64,000 nt of DNA from Methanotrichaceae archaeon (GTDB lineage: Archaea; Halobacteriota; Methanosarcinia; Methanotrichales; Methanotrichaceae). This document shows, piece by piece, positions 21,307-30,653 of the stretch (the first letter of the stretch is position 1; each line of letters begins with the position of its first letter). The stretch spans positions 78,239 to 142,238 of the forward strand of contig CAWDLW010000016.1 of assembly GCA_963803145.1 (NCBI GenBank), written 5' to 3'. The position numbers and the translations under genes were made by a program. The notes below the pieces were generated by a model, which searched no databases, was not told the origin of the DNA, and was given only the letters and a program-made list of their open reading frames with translations.

Positions 21307-21912
21307 GTGATAAGATCAAAATTCATTTTGGCTTCTATGACTATAGCTCTTATGCTAGTTGTGGCATGTTTGGCTTCTAATGCAGCTGCGCAATCGTGTA
21401 GCGGATGTACGCAATCATCATGCCCCTATTCGCAAGAGTGGAACGCGAAGAGCTTTTTGGAGGATACGCCAACAGAAACCGGCCTCAGTGCCACTGGAGA
21501 GAACGCTATTAGAGATTCGGATAAATCAAACAGCTCTATAGATGTGCCAGCGCTAAGCGTTGATCTGAAGAATGCAAGTGCCGAGCCTAATCCAGTGAAC
21601 TTAGGACGCCCTGTTAGAATCACCGCAGTTCTCAGTGAAAACTCTGCAATCACGAATGTGAGCAATATGGCAGCTTACGCGATCATCAGAAATTCTGTCG
21701 GCATACAGGTCGGCAATGTAAACCTAGAGCACACCTCTGGAAATGAATATGACGGCGTCTGGAACGCCAGTATTGCAACAGGAACCTACAATGCCGCTAT
21801 AATGGCATCTGCATCAGGCGTATCCAAGACATTTGATAATGCCATGCAGATTGAGGTAATCGGCTCTGATAACACCACAGGAAACACGCGCACCTACAAA
21901 AAGCTGGGATGA
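21307..21912 (+). CDS. secreted protein with CxxC N-terminus and Ig-like C-terminal domain
   Basis: Signal peptide, CSGC; C-terminal domain aligns with that of 42753-44150. Confidence 0.75.
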   Translation: MIRSKFILASMTIALMLVVACLASNAAAQSCSGCTQSSCPYSQEWNAKSFLEDTPTETGLSATGENAIRDSDKSNSSIDVPALSVDLKNASAEPNPVNLGRPVRITAVLSENSAITNVSNMAAYAIIRNSVGIQVGNVNLEHTSGNEYDGVWNASIATGTYNAAIMASASGVSKTFDNAMQIEVIGSDNTTGNTRTYKKLG

Positions 21913-21936
21913 TGCTGGCTGGGGGTTTACTCATAT

Positions 21937-23226
21937 ATGATCAGTTACGCGCTGAAGGAATTAAGGAATAGGAAAAAGAAATATTTCCTAAATATAATGG
22001 TAATTGGCCTCGTCGTGGTTCTGCTCATCACTCTAAATTCCTTGGGCATTGCATTTAAAGAAGCATCGAAGCTGCCCTTTGAGAACATCCACAGCAGCAT
22101 AATCGTTCAGAGGAGCGGGAACGTCCCGGTGAACACATCTGGCGCAGTCACCCCTTGCTCACTTGCTCCCATAAATGGCGAGTACTTATCACAGATAAAC
22201 AAAATTAGCGGGGTGAAGGGGATATCCTACGGGCTGTTTCTGTGGGCATTCGATAAAGACAACTTCAAACGCGTCCTCGGAGTGAACTGGAGTGATGATC
22301 GAGGCAAAATGATCGGGTCGGAGCTGATCGAGGGGTCTTTGCCGCAGTCCGACTCTGATGCATTAGTTGAGAGAGGCTATGCGCAGCAGCACGGATTAAA
22401 ACTTAACCAAAAAATGAAAGTATCCGGAACCGATTTTACTATATCGGGCATCGTCGAGACTTCGGGAAAAGACGTTGTGTCCTCGGATGTTTTCGTCAAC
22501 CTGAGCTCAGCTCAAATCATGGCTTACAACTCAAAGAATCTCCAGGACACTGAGAAATTTAATAAAGGCGACATTAATATAATCTTTGTAGATGCTGACC
22601 AGACGAACGTAAAGGAAGTGACAGATAACCTGAAGGCACTTTTCAGCTCGTCTCCCTCAAACGGCGGGAAGACGCCAACGGGCCAGACCACAGGTGCCTT
22701 CAGCATCTATACGCCGGAATCGTTCGAGAGCCAGATATCATCGCTTTTCTTGATATCGGATAAACTGATATTAACCGTCTCGCTGGTGGCTTTGATCGGC
22801 GCTGTGCTGATCGTCATTAAAAGCATGAGTCACGCGCTCATGGAAAGAAGGAAGGAATTTGGCATAATGAAGGCAGTTGGCTTCAGGAGCAGGGACATAC
22901 GGAATGAGGTCGCTGCTGAGACGCTTCTCCAGGCCTTAATAGGGTACGGAATCGGGATCGTGATGTCTTTAATCGCTATATTTGCACTGGCAAAAACCAC
23001 CGTGTCGATAGCCATACCTTGGGAAATGAGCCCCTATCCACATTTCCTCACATCGGACCCGAACCTCATAGCTCCAGTACAGACGTATCCCTTCCCTATC
23101 AAGTTCGAGGTGGTGTACTCGGCAGAAGTATTGATAGCAGTCTTCGCAATCAGCCTTCTGACGGTATTGGTCTTGAACAGATACATAAATGGGCTTAATG
23201 CCATGGAGGTGCTAAGGTATGAGTGA
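21937..23226 (+). CDS. ABC transporter permease, FtsX/MacB type
   Basis: One TM, a large external domain, then three TM; ERRKEFGIMKAVG. Confidence 0.88.
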   Translation: MISYALKELRNRKKKYFLNIMVIGLVVVLLITLNSLGIAFKEASKLPFENIHSSIIVQRSGNVPVNTSGAVTPCSLAPINGEYLSQINKISGVKGISYGLFLWAFDKDNFKRVLGVNWSDDRGKMIGSELIEGSLPQSDSDALVERGYAQQHGLKLNQKMKVSGTDFTISGIVETSGKDVVSSDVFVNLSSAQIMAYNSKNLQDTEKFNKGDINIIFVDADQTNVKEVTDNLKALFSSSPSNGGKTPTGQTTGAFSIYTPESFESQISSLFLISDKLILTVSLVALIGAVLIVIKSMSHALMERRKEFGIMKAVGFRSRDIRNEVAAETLLQALIGYGIGIVMSLIAIFALAKTTVSIAIPWEMSPYPHFLTSDPNLIAPVQTYPFPIKFEVVYSAEVLIAVFAISLLTVLVLNRYINGLNAMEVLRYE

Positions 23227-23884
23227 GATAATTATCGCAAATAATCTGTCCAAAACACTGGGCGATGTCAAGGCGGTCAGCGCCGTCTCCCTCGATGTGA
23301 GAAAGGGCGATTTCCTCGCCATTCAGGGATCGTCGGGATCGGGGAAGACAACGCTATTGAGCCTTCTGTCAGGACTTGATAGGGCAGACGCTGGAGAGAT
23401 CACGTTCGGTGGAGAAGATATCACCTCCATGAGCGAAGATGAACTTGCCCTGTTCAGAAGAAAAAACGTGGGTATCGTTTTTCAATCGTACAACCTGATA
23501 CCGACTCTGAACGTCCTTGAGAACATCGCCCTGCCTTTATTCCCGGAGAGTGGAAATAAAAAAGAGATGTTTGAAGGAGCAAAAACGGTTGCAGAGAGCG
23601 TAGGGTTAAGCCAGCGCCTGAATCACTATCCGAACGAACTGTCGGGTGGTGAGCAGCAGAGAGTGGCGATCGCTAGAGCATTGATCAATGACCCAAAGGT
23701 CATCTTTGCAGATGAGCCTACGGGAAACCTTGACTCTGAGACGGGCCGGAAGATGATGGATCTCCTGAAGAGCCTCAACAAAGAGAAGGGTGTGACAATT
23801 GTCATGGTCACCCATGATAACGGCCTGGCAAAAGAGGCTGATAGATTGATAGAAATAAAAGATGGAGTGGTAACAAATGAGTAA
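23219..23884 (+). CDS. ABC transporter ATP-binding protein (LolD/MacB type)
   Basis: GSSGSGKTT, LSGGEQQRV, ADEPTGNLD. Confidence 0.95.
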   Translation: MSEIIIANNLSKTLGDVKAVSAVSLDVRKGDFLAIQGSSGSGKTTLLSLLSGLDRADAGEITFGGEDITSMSEDELALFRRKNVGIVFQSYNLIPTLNVLENIALPLFPESGNKKEMFEGAKTVAESVGLSQRLNHYPNELSGGEQQRVAIARALINDPKVIFADEPTGNLDSETGRKMMDLLKSLNKEKGVTIVMVTHDNGLAKEADRLIEIKDGVVTNE

Positions 23885-24281
23885 AAAGATTTTAGCAGTA
23901 TGTGTCCTGTGCCTATTATCCTTGACATGTGGGGCGGTAGCGACCTCGACAGATAAGGTGAATATCGATGTAGCGGGAATGATAAATCACGGCCCAATGC
24001 AGCCGACCGTCACAGCGATAAAAGAAGTGACCTCTAAGTATGGCGATAATGTGACCGTGAACTGGATAGACATCACGACCGATGCAGGCCAGAAGTGGGT
24101 CCAGGATTGCGGCCTGACAGCGCACATGAACATTCTCATAAATGGATATTACAAGTATACGCTGGACGGAAAGGAAGTGACCTTCCAATGGTTTGAAGGC
24201 CAATACTGGACCAAAGAAGATTTGGATGCCGTAATCAACGATGTTCTGAGCAACAATGGCAAGGCGACACCCATAAGCTGA
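23877..24281 (+). CDS. secreted thioredoxin-fold-like protein lacking CxxC
   Basis: Signal peptide; NHGPMQPT at the position where a Trx active site would be (fold is inferred). Confidence 0.6.
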   Translation: MSKKILAVCVLCLLSLTCGAVATSTDKVNIDVAGMINHGPMQPTVTAIKEVTSKYGDNVTVNWIDITTDAGQKWVQDCGLTAHMNILINGYYKYTLDGKEVTFQWFEGQYWTKEDLDAVINDVLSNNGKATPIS

Positions 24282-24306
24282 GCAATTGAAACGTGGAGAC
24301 AGATTA

Positions 24307-25485
24307 ATGTACATCCCATATATTTTTAAGGAGATGTTCCGGAGGAAGTCCAGAACGCTGACCAATGTGCTGACAATCGCGGTAATTATTGCAATGCTCC
24401 TCTCAGTTACCGCCATCATGAACGCTTACACCTCCGCCATCTATCTCCCGTTCAAAGACGTTGGTTCTGATATAATACTCCAGAAATCATATAACACGAC
24501 GAACTTGACCTCGGGGATAAGATTGCCCTTTGAGAAAGGGACTTTTAGCGATAATGAGATAGCAAGCATCTCAACTCTTCGCCATGTTCAGGATATCTCA
24601 AGATCTCTTGTGCTATGGGACTTTAACAAAAAAGGGTTTACATCGATAGAAGGCATTAAAACAGACAGCTTCACGGGCAAAAAGCTCAGTTCCTGGGTTA
24701 CTAAAGGCAGGTTCATAAATGCCAGTGACAACAATAAGGCCGTCTTGGAAAGCCACTTCGCCAAGTTCAATCACCTGAAGGTTGGTGATAATATATCCTT
24801 GGGGAGCAAGACTTTCAAGGTCGTAGGCATATTGACAATAGGTGAAGGAAGCCCCATATTCGCGAACAATATATATATAAAATCATCGGACGCTCAAAAT
24901 ATCAGCGGCATAAAAGAATACGATCAGTTATATTTAAAGATAGACGATATCTCCAATGAGGAAGCGGTGAAAGAGGAAATCAGTCGGATCGACCCCACGA
25001 TAACTGCTATCTCCGGGAACTACATCTCAGCGTCACTCAGTAACGTATTGAGCATATATGGCACGTTCTATTGGGTTGGCGTGGGTGTTATGGCTCTGAT
25101 AGCCATTCTGGTGCTGTTTAAGGTTAATGCGATGGCGCTTCTTGAAAGGAGAAGGGATATCGCAATACTGCAATCTGTTGGGTGGACGAAGAAGGAGATA
25201 ACCAAACAGATTCTCTATGAGACATCTATGCAAACAATGTTGGGATTTGTCCTGGGAACTATCGCCAGCATTGCAGTTATATCCTTCCTTGAGACCGTCA
25301 GCATTCAGAGCACCTCTACGGGTCTGGAGAGCACTCCTACAACAATAACAATGCCATTAACTCTTTCCTCAAGCATCATAGCAGATTACCTTGGCGTGAT
25401 TATTGTAATCTCTCTCCTAGTATCGTATCTGCTGGCGAGGAAAATAGCAGCGATCAAGCCATCAGAGAACCTGAGGAGTATGTAA
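24307..25485 (+). CDS. ABC transporter permease, FtsX/MacB type
   Basis: Same topology as 21937-23226; ERRRDIAILQSVGW. Confidence 0.88.
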   Translation: MYIPYIFKEMFRRKSRTLTNVLTIAVIIAMLLSVTAIMNAYTSAIYLPFKDVGSDIILQKSYNTTNLTSGIRLPFEKGTFSDNEIASISTLRHVQDISRSLVLWDFNKKGFTSIEGIKTDSFTGKKLSSWVTKGRFINASDNNKAVLESHFAKFNHLKVGDNISLGSKTFKVVGILTIGEGSPIFANNIYIKSSDAQNISGIKEYDQLYLKIDDISNEEAVKEEISRIDPTITAISGNYISASLSNVLSIYGTFYWVGVGVMALIAILVLFKVNAMALLERRRDIAILQSVGWTKKEITKQILYETSMQTMLGFVLGTIASIAVISFLETVSIQSTSTGLESTPTTITMPLTLSSSIIADYLGVIIVISLLVSYLLARKIAAIKPSENLRSM

Positions 25486-25750
25486 ATGAATGTATCCCTT
25501 TGTGCTATTGGACGTTGTGAGGATCGCCATGCCCTCTAAGCCGTTACGGGCAAGTGCGACATGGCCTTAGATCCTTTTCGCGCGCTAGCTATCTTTAGTT
25601 AGCTATTAGCAGTCGATATTTCTACGATCCCCAACACATTTTACAGCAAATTCGGTTCAATACCTATTAAACTGCTTTAGGAAACTAGAAATGCTTCCAG
25701 ATTGAAGTATTCCTTGACATTTAGTACGCCCTACGAAATGTCAGTTAAGC

Positions 25751-25785
25751 AGCAACAGGGTGACTTTCAGCGTTTCCCTGTTGTT
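25751..25785. terminator. hairpin downstream of the RHH gene
   Basis: AGCAACAGGG...CCCTGTTGTT inverted repeat. Confidence 0.4.
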
Positions 25786-25788
25786 CGC

Positions 25789-25944
25789 TTATCTTCTGAC
25801 ATCTTCTTTCATCAATTGCGTTAAGGCATATGCAATTGCATGGCTGCGCGTAGCAAACCTATTTTCTTCGATTTCTTTATCCATCCACTTTAATTGATCA
25901 TCATCTACTGTGATGGATATCTGGACTTTCTTTTTCGCAGTCAT
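25789..25944 (-). CDS. ribbon-helix-helix (CopG/MetJ-like) protein, 51 aa, absent from the ORF track
   Basis: MTAKKKVQISITVDDDQLKWMDKEIEENRFATRSHAIAYALTQLMKEDVRR. Confidence 0.8.
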   Translation of the reverse strand: MTAKKKVQISITVDDDQLKWMDKEIEENRFATRSHAIAYALTQLMKEDVRR

Positions 25945-26035
25945 ATTGCATCTCTATAAATGATATAGCATAAATACTTTGCTTATTGGATAAGTATTTA
26001 TAGGATAGAATCCTATGGGGTGATGGGTGTACTAA

Positions 26036-26317
26036 ATGTATGGAAAAACAACCTTTGAGTATGAGCTAGAACCCCTAGCAGCAGAGCTAATTGAGCGCAA
26101 TCCAATGGGCTTTTTAAGTGAGGTTGAATTTGGCTGGCCCTGTATAATAGCAATCCATGTCCTGGAGAGCAGTTGTCTGGATACACCCAAGGTAATTATC
26201 CAATGCTCCTCTCAGAAGATCAGAGCTTTTGAGACCGCCTGTCGGAGGGCGAAGGCCGCATGCATGCAATTCAGATCTCCTGTGAGCGCTCCGTCCACAG
26301 CTGCGAAGGCGATCTAA
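26036..26317 (+). CDS. hypothetical protein
   Basis: 93-aa ORF divergent from the RHH gene and abutting the next ORF. Confidence 0.55.
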   Translation: MYGKTTFEYELEPLAAELIERNPMGFLSEVEFGWPCIIAIHVLESSCLDTPKVIIQCSSQKIRAFETACRRAKAACMQFRSPVSAPSTAAKAI

Positions 26318-26881
26318 GTGGCTGCCCCCAACCTTTCTGAAAACATAGTGCTGATAGCAACCGATTCAGTAACTACAGGCATGTTATCAGGGCTGAGCAT
26401 GGCGCTGGACGAGCTTCATCCCATGGCAGCCAAGATTGCCGATTTGAAAAAGGATACTCTGGAAAAAGAGGCAGCAGTCTTGAAAGCGATCCTGGAAAAG
26501 GTCACACCACTGGTGCCCCTGTTGAGTACGGACTATGAGCAATGTTACCGCCGAAAGATAGTCATTCTGACCAGAGAAGAAAGGATACAGTTTGAGAAGG
26601 GTCTAGGTTTTTTCAGCGAGTACAAGCTAATCCTCTATGAGAACGGCCGGTTGGTAAGGATGCATCGCTATGGCGAATGGTCGGAAAGTCCGCGCCTGGG
26701 ATGGGAAAATATCGATGAGGATAAGCTTACACCCGAGGCAGCTATAACCGCATTCGGTCTCACGGCTATTTCAGAGGGCTTGATAAAGGTTCTTGGCAAC
26801 GCCTCATCAATAGTTATCATTAAAGAGGAGCTTGAAGGCAGGCTCTCAGCTTTAACCATGGCCCTGGAGGCTCTACTGTGA
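26318..26881 (+). CDS. hypothetical protein
   Basis: 187-aa ORF; family not recognised. Confidence 0.65.
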   Translation: MAAPNLSENIVLIATDSVTTGMLSGLSMALDELHPMAAKIADLKKDTLEKEAAVLKAILEKVTPLVPLLSTDYEQCYRRKIVILTREERIQFEKGLGFFSEYKLILYENGRLVRMHRYGEWSESPRLGWENIDEDKLTPEAAITAFGLTAISEGLIKVLGNASSIVIIKEELEGRLSALTMALEALL

Positions 26882-27458
26882 GGCAGTGGCAAATGCCAAC
26901 GAATAAATGGGCGATAAAATAGCTATGTTGGTCTACCTATATTGAGTTGTTGAACATCGTCTTTGTACCTTTGTATGGGAGGTAATCTTGAAAGTACATG
27001 AAGCCCAAAAACGCTCTTTGTGCCTTGCTATGAAAAACATTCGATTATCGCCAGCAGGCGATCATTTTTCGTTCTTCAGGCGCGATTCAACACCTACCTG
27101 AGAATCATAGTGTTTTGTGTGGTACGAAAATGGTCCCTATCCTGGGACTATTTTCATCTTCAGGGGTGACAGCCAGGTCATGAACGTTTCTTTGTGGTGA
27201 ATCTCGTTTAGCCTCGCTGCCAACCAAACGGACAGCATTCAATTACAAAGGACATGAAGGACGCACAAAGAAATATTCAATTTGGTTTTGGGATGACCTC
27301 ATTTCTAAGATCTCCCATTTCACGGCAAATTCAGCTCACTACCAAGCTTGATCTCAAGCCCCTATCGAAAGGTTTATAGCCATATACTATAATGGTTAAG
27401 TAGAATACTTGAATATTCAAGGATTATCCTGTGCGAAGGTCATAACCTGCCTGAACGA

Positions 27459-27746
27459 ATGAAGAGCATTCGAAAGTATATCCATGCACTGCACTGCCCT
27501 ACTCGATGGGATATCATAGACTGCATCGGCACTGGCCAGAAAAGCTCAAAGGAGATCTACGATGATCTAAAACTTGGCGAGGCTGGAATAAGTCCTGCCG
27601 GGCTTTACTATCATCTTTCAGCTCTTCGAAAGGCTGGGATCATCGAGGTAGCATCCTTTCGAGAGACGCAGGGCGGCATACCTGAGAAGGTATGGAAACT
27701 GAAGACTACAAAGATTGTAATTGATCTGTTGGAAGAAAAAGAGTAG
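27459..27746 (+). CDS. ArsR-like winged-helix regulator
   Basis: ALHCPTRWDII...LYYHLSALRKAGII. Confidence 0.8.
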   Translation: MKSIRKYIHALHCPTRWDIIDCIGTGQKSSKEIYDDLKLGEAGISPAGLYYHLSALRKAGIIEVASFRETQGGIPEKVWKLKTTKIVIDLLEEKE

Positions 27747-27803
27747 CTCAGCGACTAGATGTATCTAGCTAAAGCTATCCAAGACTCAAGGAGGTAAGCA
27801 AAA

Positions 27804-28136
27804 ATGAAGGAAAAAGCCAGGCCGTTTAAGTTCACCGAAGCTCTCGGTGAAGAAATAAACACTCCATTTGGGAAGCTGGCATCGGAGATATTCAAAGATG
27901 GAGCACTATCCGCAAAAGACAAAGCTATTATCGCAGTAGCATGCGCAGTTGCGGTTAAATGCGAGTATTGCGCCAAGGTACAAAAAGAACATGCGTTGAT
28001 GGCTGGTGCTAAAAGAGAAGAACTTCTAGAGGCTGCAGCAGTTGCAGGGCTGGTACGCATGGGCTCTGGATTCCAAATTGCATCGTCGCTTTTAGACAAT
28101 GCAGAAAGTGGGAATGAATGCCGGAATTGCGGATAG
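27804..28136 (+). CDS. carboxymuconolactone decarboxylase/AhpD-like protein
   Basis: [12 protein letters not shown]...CEYC...A...GA.REEL. Confidence 0.85.
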   Translation: MKEKARPFKFTEALGEEINTPFGKLASEIFKDGALSAKDKAIIAVACAVAVKCEYCAKVQKEHALMAGAKREELLEAAAVAGLVRMGSGFQIASSLLDNAESGNECRNCG

Positions 28137-28221
28137 TAAGAGATGCAGGAATTAGTGTAGCAACATTAAATTATTTTAAATAATTAATATATCTGGTAGA
28201 AATAAATTGGGGTGAGAAGAT

Positions 28222-28440
28222 ATGTGTTGTGGAGAAGAAATGCATGGGCACCATGCAGGGCACATGGGCCACGGCGCTCATCATAAGGGTATGGCACACG
28301 GCATGTGCGACTGTGGCTGTGGAGGACGGAGATTCCTGAGCAAGAAGGAAAGAATGGAGATGCTTGAAGAGTATAGCGAATCTCTCAAGTGCGAGCTGGA
28401 AGGTGTTGAGGAAGAGCTGAAAGAACTCAGAGGTGAGTAA
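28222..28440 (+). CDS. small His/Cys-rich protein with coiled-coil tail (DUF5320-like)
   Basis: MCCGEEMHGHHAGHMGHGAHH...CDCGCG RRFLSKKE..LEEY. Confidence 0.75.
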   Translation: MCCGEEMHGHHAGHMGHGAHHKGMAHGMCDCGCGGRRFLSKKERMEMLEEYSESLKCELEGVEEELKELRGE

Positions 28441-28482
28441 GCGGATCACTTGATCCGCCAATTATTATTTAATAGAGGAATT

Positions 28483-29472
28483 ATGACAACCAGGTTGGAC
28501 CTGATCAGCGATCCTGCGATTCAAGTCACCGATTTGACGAAGCGTTATGGTGATTTCCTTGCCGTCGACCATCTTTGCTTTCAGGTCCAAAAAGGCGAGA
28601 TCTTCGGCTTCCTGGGCCCAAATGGCTCAGGGAAGACCACCACCATCAGGATGCTTGTTGGACTATCGAAACCAACGGAAGGCAGAGCCAGCATCTTGGG
28701 TCATGATGTCCTTTCTAACATAACCGAGGCCAAAAGATACATGGGTGTGGTCCCCGACATTTCCAACCTGTATGATGAACTCTCTGCCAGAAATAACCTG
28801 CTATTTATGGCCAAGCTCTACGGAGTCCCGCGTGACCAGCGCGAATCGAAGGCCGACGAACTCCTGAAAATTTTCGGCCTCTACGAACAAAGAAACGACC
28901 GTTTCGATACATTCTCCCGTGGCATGAAGCGTGCCTTGACCATCGCAGCAGCCCTGATACACAGCCCGAAGATCCTATTTCTGGATGAGCCTACAACCGG
29001 GCTGGATGTAGTGGCGGCTCGTTCCCTTCGCAACCTGATATCCAATCTGCATAGCCAGGGCCTGACCATCTTCCTCACAACCCATTACCTTGAGGAGGCG
29101 GATCTTTTGTGTGATCGCATCGCCATTTTGGTCAAGGGCAAGATCGTAAAGATCGGTACTCCTGAAGAATTAAAGCACCTGACAGAAGAGAGATCGGTGA
29201 TAGAGATCACCTTTACCGAGGGTATACGTGCCCGGATGGAGGAACTATCTGGCAGGATTCCTGGAACGAAAATAATTGTCCTGGAAGATAATAAAGTGCG
29301 TATTTATGGCGGCGATCCTCCCAGTATATTCGAAGAAGTCTCGCAGTTTGCAAAAGATACGGGGATAGGGCTGGAATTGGTTAATAGCATAAGACCAAGT
29401 CTGGAAGACGCATTCATGAGAATAACCGGCTTGAGCCCCGTTGTTATGGCCATTGAGAAAGGGGGCAAGTAA
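28483..29472 (+). CDS. ABC exporter ATP-binding protein (DrrA-like)
   Basis: GPNGSGKTT, FSRGMKR, LDEPTTGLD, TTHYLEEA. Confidence 0.93.
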   Translation: MTTRLDLISDPAIQVTDLTKRYGDFLAVDHLCFQVQKGEIFGFLGPNGSGKTTTIRMLVGLSKPTEGRASILGHDVLSNITEAKRYMGVVPDISNLYDELSARNNLLFMAKLYGVPRDQRESKADELLKIFGLYEQRNDRFDTFSRGMKRALTIAAALIHSPKILFLDEPTTGLDVVAARSLRNLISNLHSQGLTIFLTTHYLEEADLLCDRIAILVKGKIVKIGTPEELKHLTEERSVIEITFTEGIRARMEELSGRIPGTKIIVLEDNKVRIYGGDPPSIFEEVSQFAKDTGIGLELVNSIRPSLEDAFMRITGLSPVVMAIEKGGK

Positions 29473-29473
29473 G

Positions 29474-30202
29474 ATGTGGCAAGATGAGCTGCGGGGGATT
29501 TATTACATTGCCCTGAAGGATATGAGGACCTACTATTTCAAACCGCCCGCAGTAAGCTGGGGAGTCATCTTCCCAGTTGTCTGGATTCTGGCCTTCTATC
29601 TGAGGAACCCCAGAAACTTCGAAGATCTTATTCCTGGCCTGATCGCCATGACAATCCTATTCAGCACTACCGCTGCCGAAGCAGTGGTCATAAACTTCGA
29701 GCTGAAGCTGGGGTCACTTGAGAGACTCTTGCTGGCGCCCATAAGTATAGCTTCGGTGCTCATCGGCAAAGTCCTTGGAGGTTTTATATTTGGACTTTTG
29801 ATGACGATAATAGTGACTTCAGTCTCGATACTCTATCTTGGGCTTCATCCGAACATTCTTGCGCTAGCCGCAATCGCAATTCCCTCGCTGCTCGTCTTCT
29901 CTTCTATGGGCGCATTCTTCAGTGTCGCTGTGAAAGAGGTATTCGAGGCCCAGACTTTGCTCAATCTGCCAAGGTTCATAATGATCTTCCTTTGCGGCGT
30001 TGTTTATCCTATATCGGCCATGCCCGGATGGTTGCAATACCTTGCTCGCCTTCTGCCACTCACATATACCGTTGATGGCCTGCGCAGATCATTCTCACTC
30101 AGTTCGAACTCTTCGATATTCATAGATCTGCTTGTACTTATCGGATACTTTTTGATTCTCATTATTCCAGCGATAAAGCTATTGAACAAGAAGTTTGAAT
30201 GA
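29474..30202 (+). CDS. ABC-2 type permease
   Basis: About six TM; LERLLLAP, LPLTY..DGLR. Confidence 0.9.
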   Translation: MWQDELRGIYYIALKDMRTYYFKPPAVSWGVIFPVVWILAFYLRNPRNFEDLIPGLIAMTILFSTTAAEAVVINFELKLGSLERLLLAPISIASVLIGKVLGGFIFGLLMTIIVTSVSILYLGLHPNILALAAIAIPSLLVFSSMGAFFSVAVKEVFEAQTLLNLPRFIMIFLCGVVYPISAMPGWLQYLARLLPLTYTVDGLRRSFSLSSNSSIFIDLLVLIGYFLILIIPAIKLLNKKFE

Positions 30203-30246
30203 AGAGTGTCTGATTTCGTCTCTACAAAGGCTAAAAAGCAAGATAT

Positions 30247-30266
30247 ATATCGTCTTATGGCGATAT
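30247..30266. promoter_or_regulatory. putative ArsR operator ATATCG-N8-CGATAT
   Basis: Perfect 6-bp inverted repeat next to a TATA-like run upstream of arsR; related sites at 35333 and 39733. Confidence 0.6.
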
Positions 30267-30302
30267 GTTTATATTTGAATATGTCTCTATATCAGATCAA
30301 TC

Positions 30303-30641
30303 ATGGCTCAAACATCAGTCTCGGATTTGCGGGTGAAGGTCCTGAGTGCCTTATCGGACCCTACCCGTCTGGAGATAATCGAATATCTCAGACCTGGGGA
30401 GAGGTGCGTCTGCGAAATCATTCCGGCTTTTCAGCGGTCCCAGTCCACCATTTCTAAACACCTGAATATCCTCTACGATGCAGGCATCCTCGATCGCCGA
30501 ATAGATGGAAAGAAAACTCTCTACAGCATAAAAGATCCTCAGGTTTTCGAGATTATCAAAGCGGTAGATGCCCTGGCTTTGAGACAGATCTCCAACTTGG
30601 CTGAGGCAGGAAAGATTCTGGAAAAATCCCTATGTAAGTAA
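30303..30641 (+). CDS. arsR: ArsR/SmtB family regulator
   Basis: ALSDPTRL, ERCVCEI, SQSTISKHL. Confidence 0.9.
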   Translation: MAQTSVSDLRVKVLSALSDPTRLEIIEYLRPGERCVCEIIPAFQRSQSTISKHLNILYDAGILDRRIDGKKTLYSIKDPQVFEIIKAVDALALRQISNLAEAGKILEKSLCK

Positions 30642-30653
30642 GAAGCTGATCCT

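Noticed and set aside
25486-25540. Possible stub of a Cys-rich (radical SAM-like) gene after the ABC operon
   Set aside because: Seventeen codons are too few to support homology
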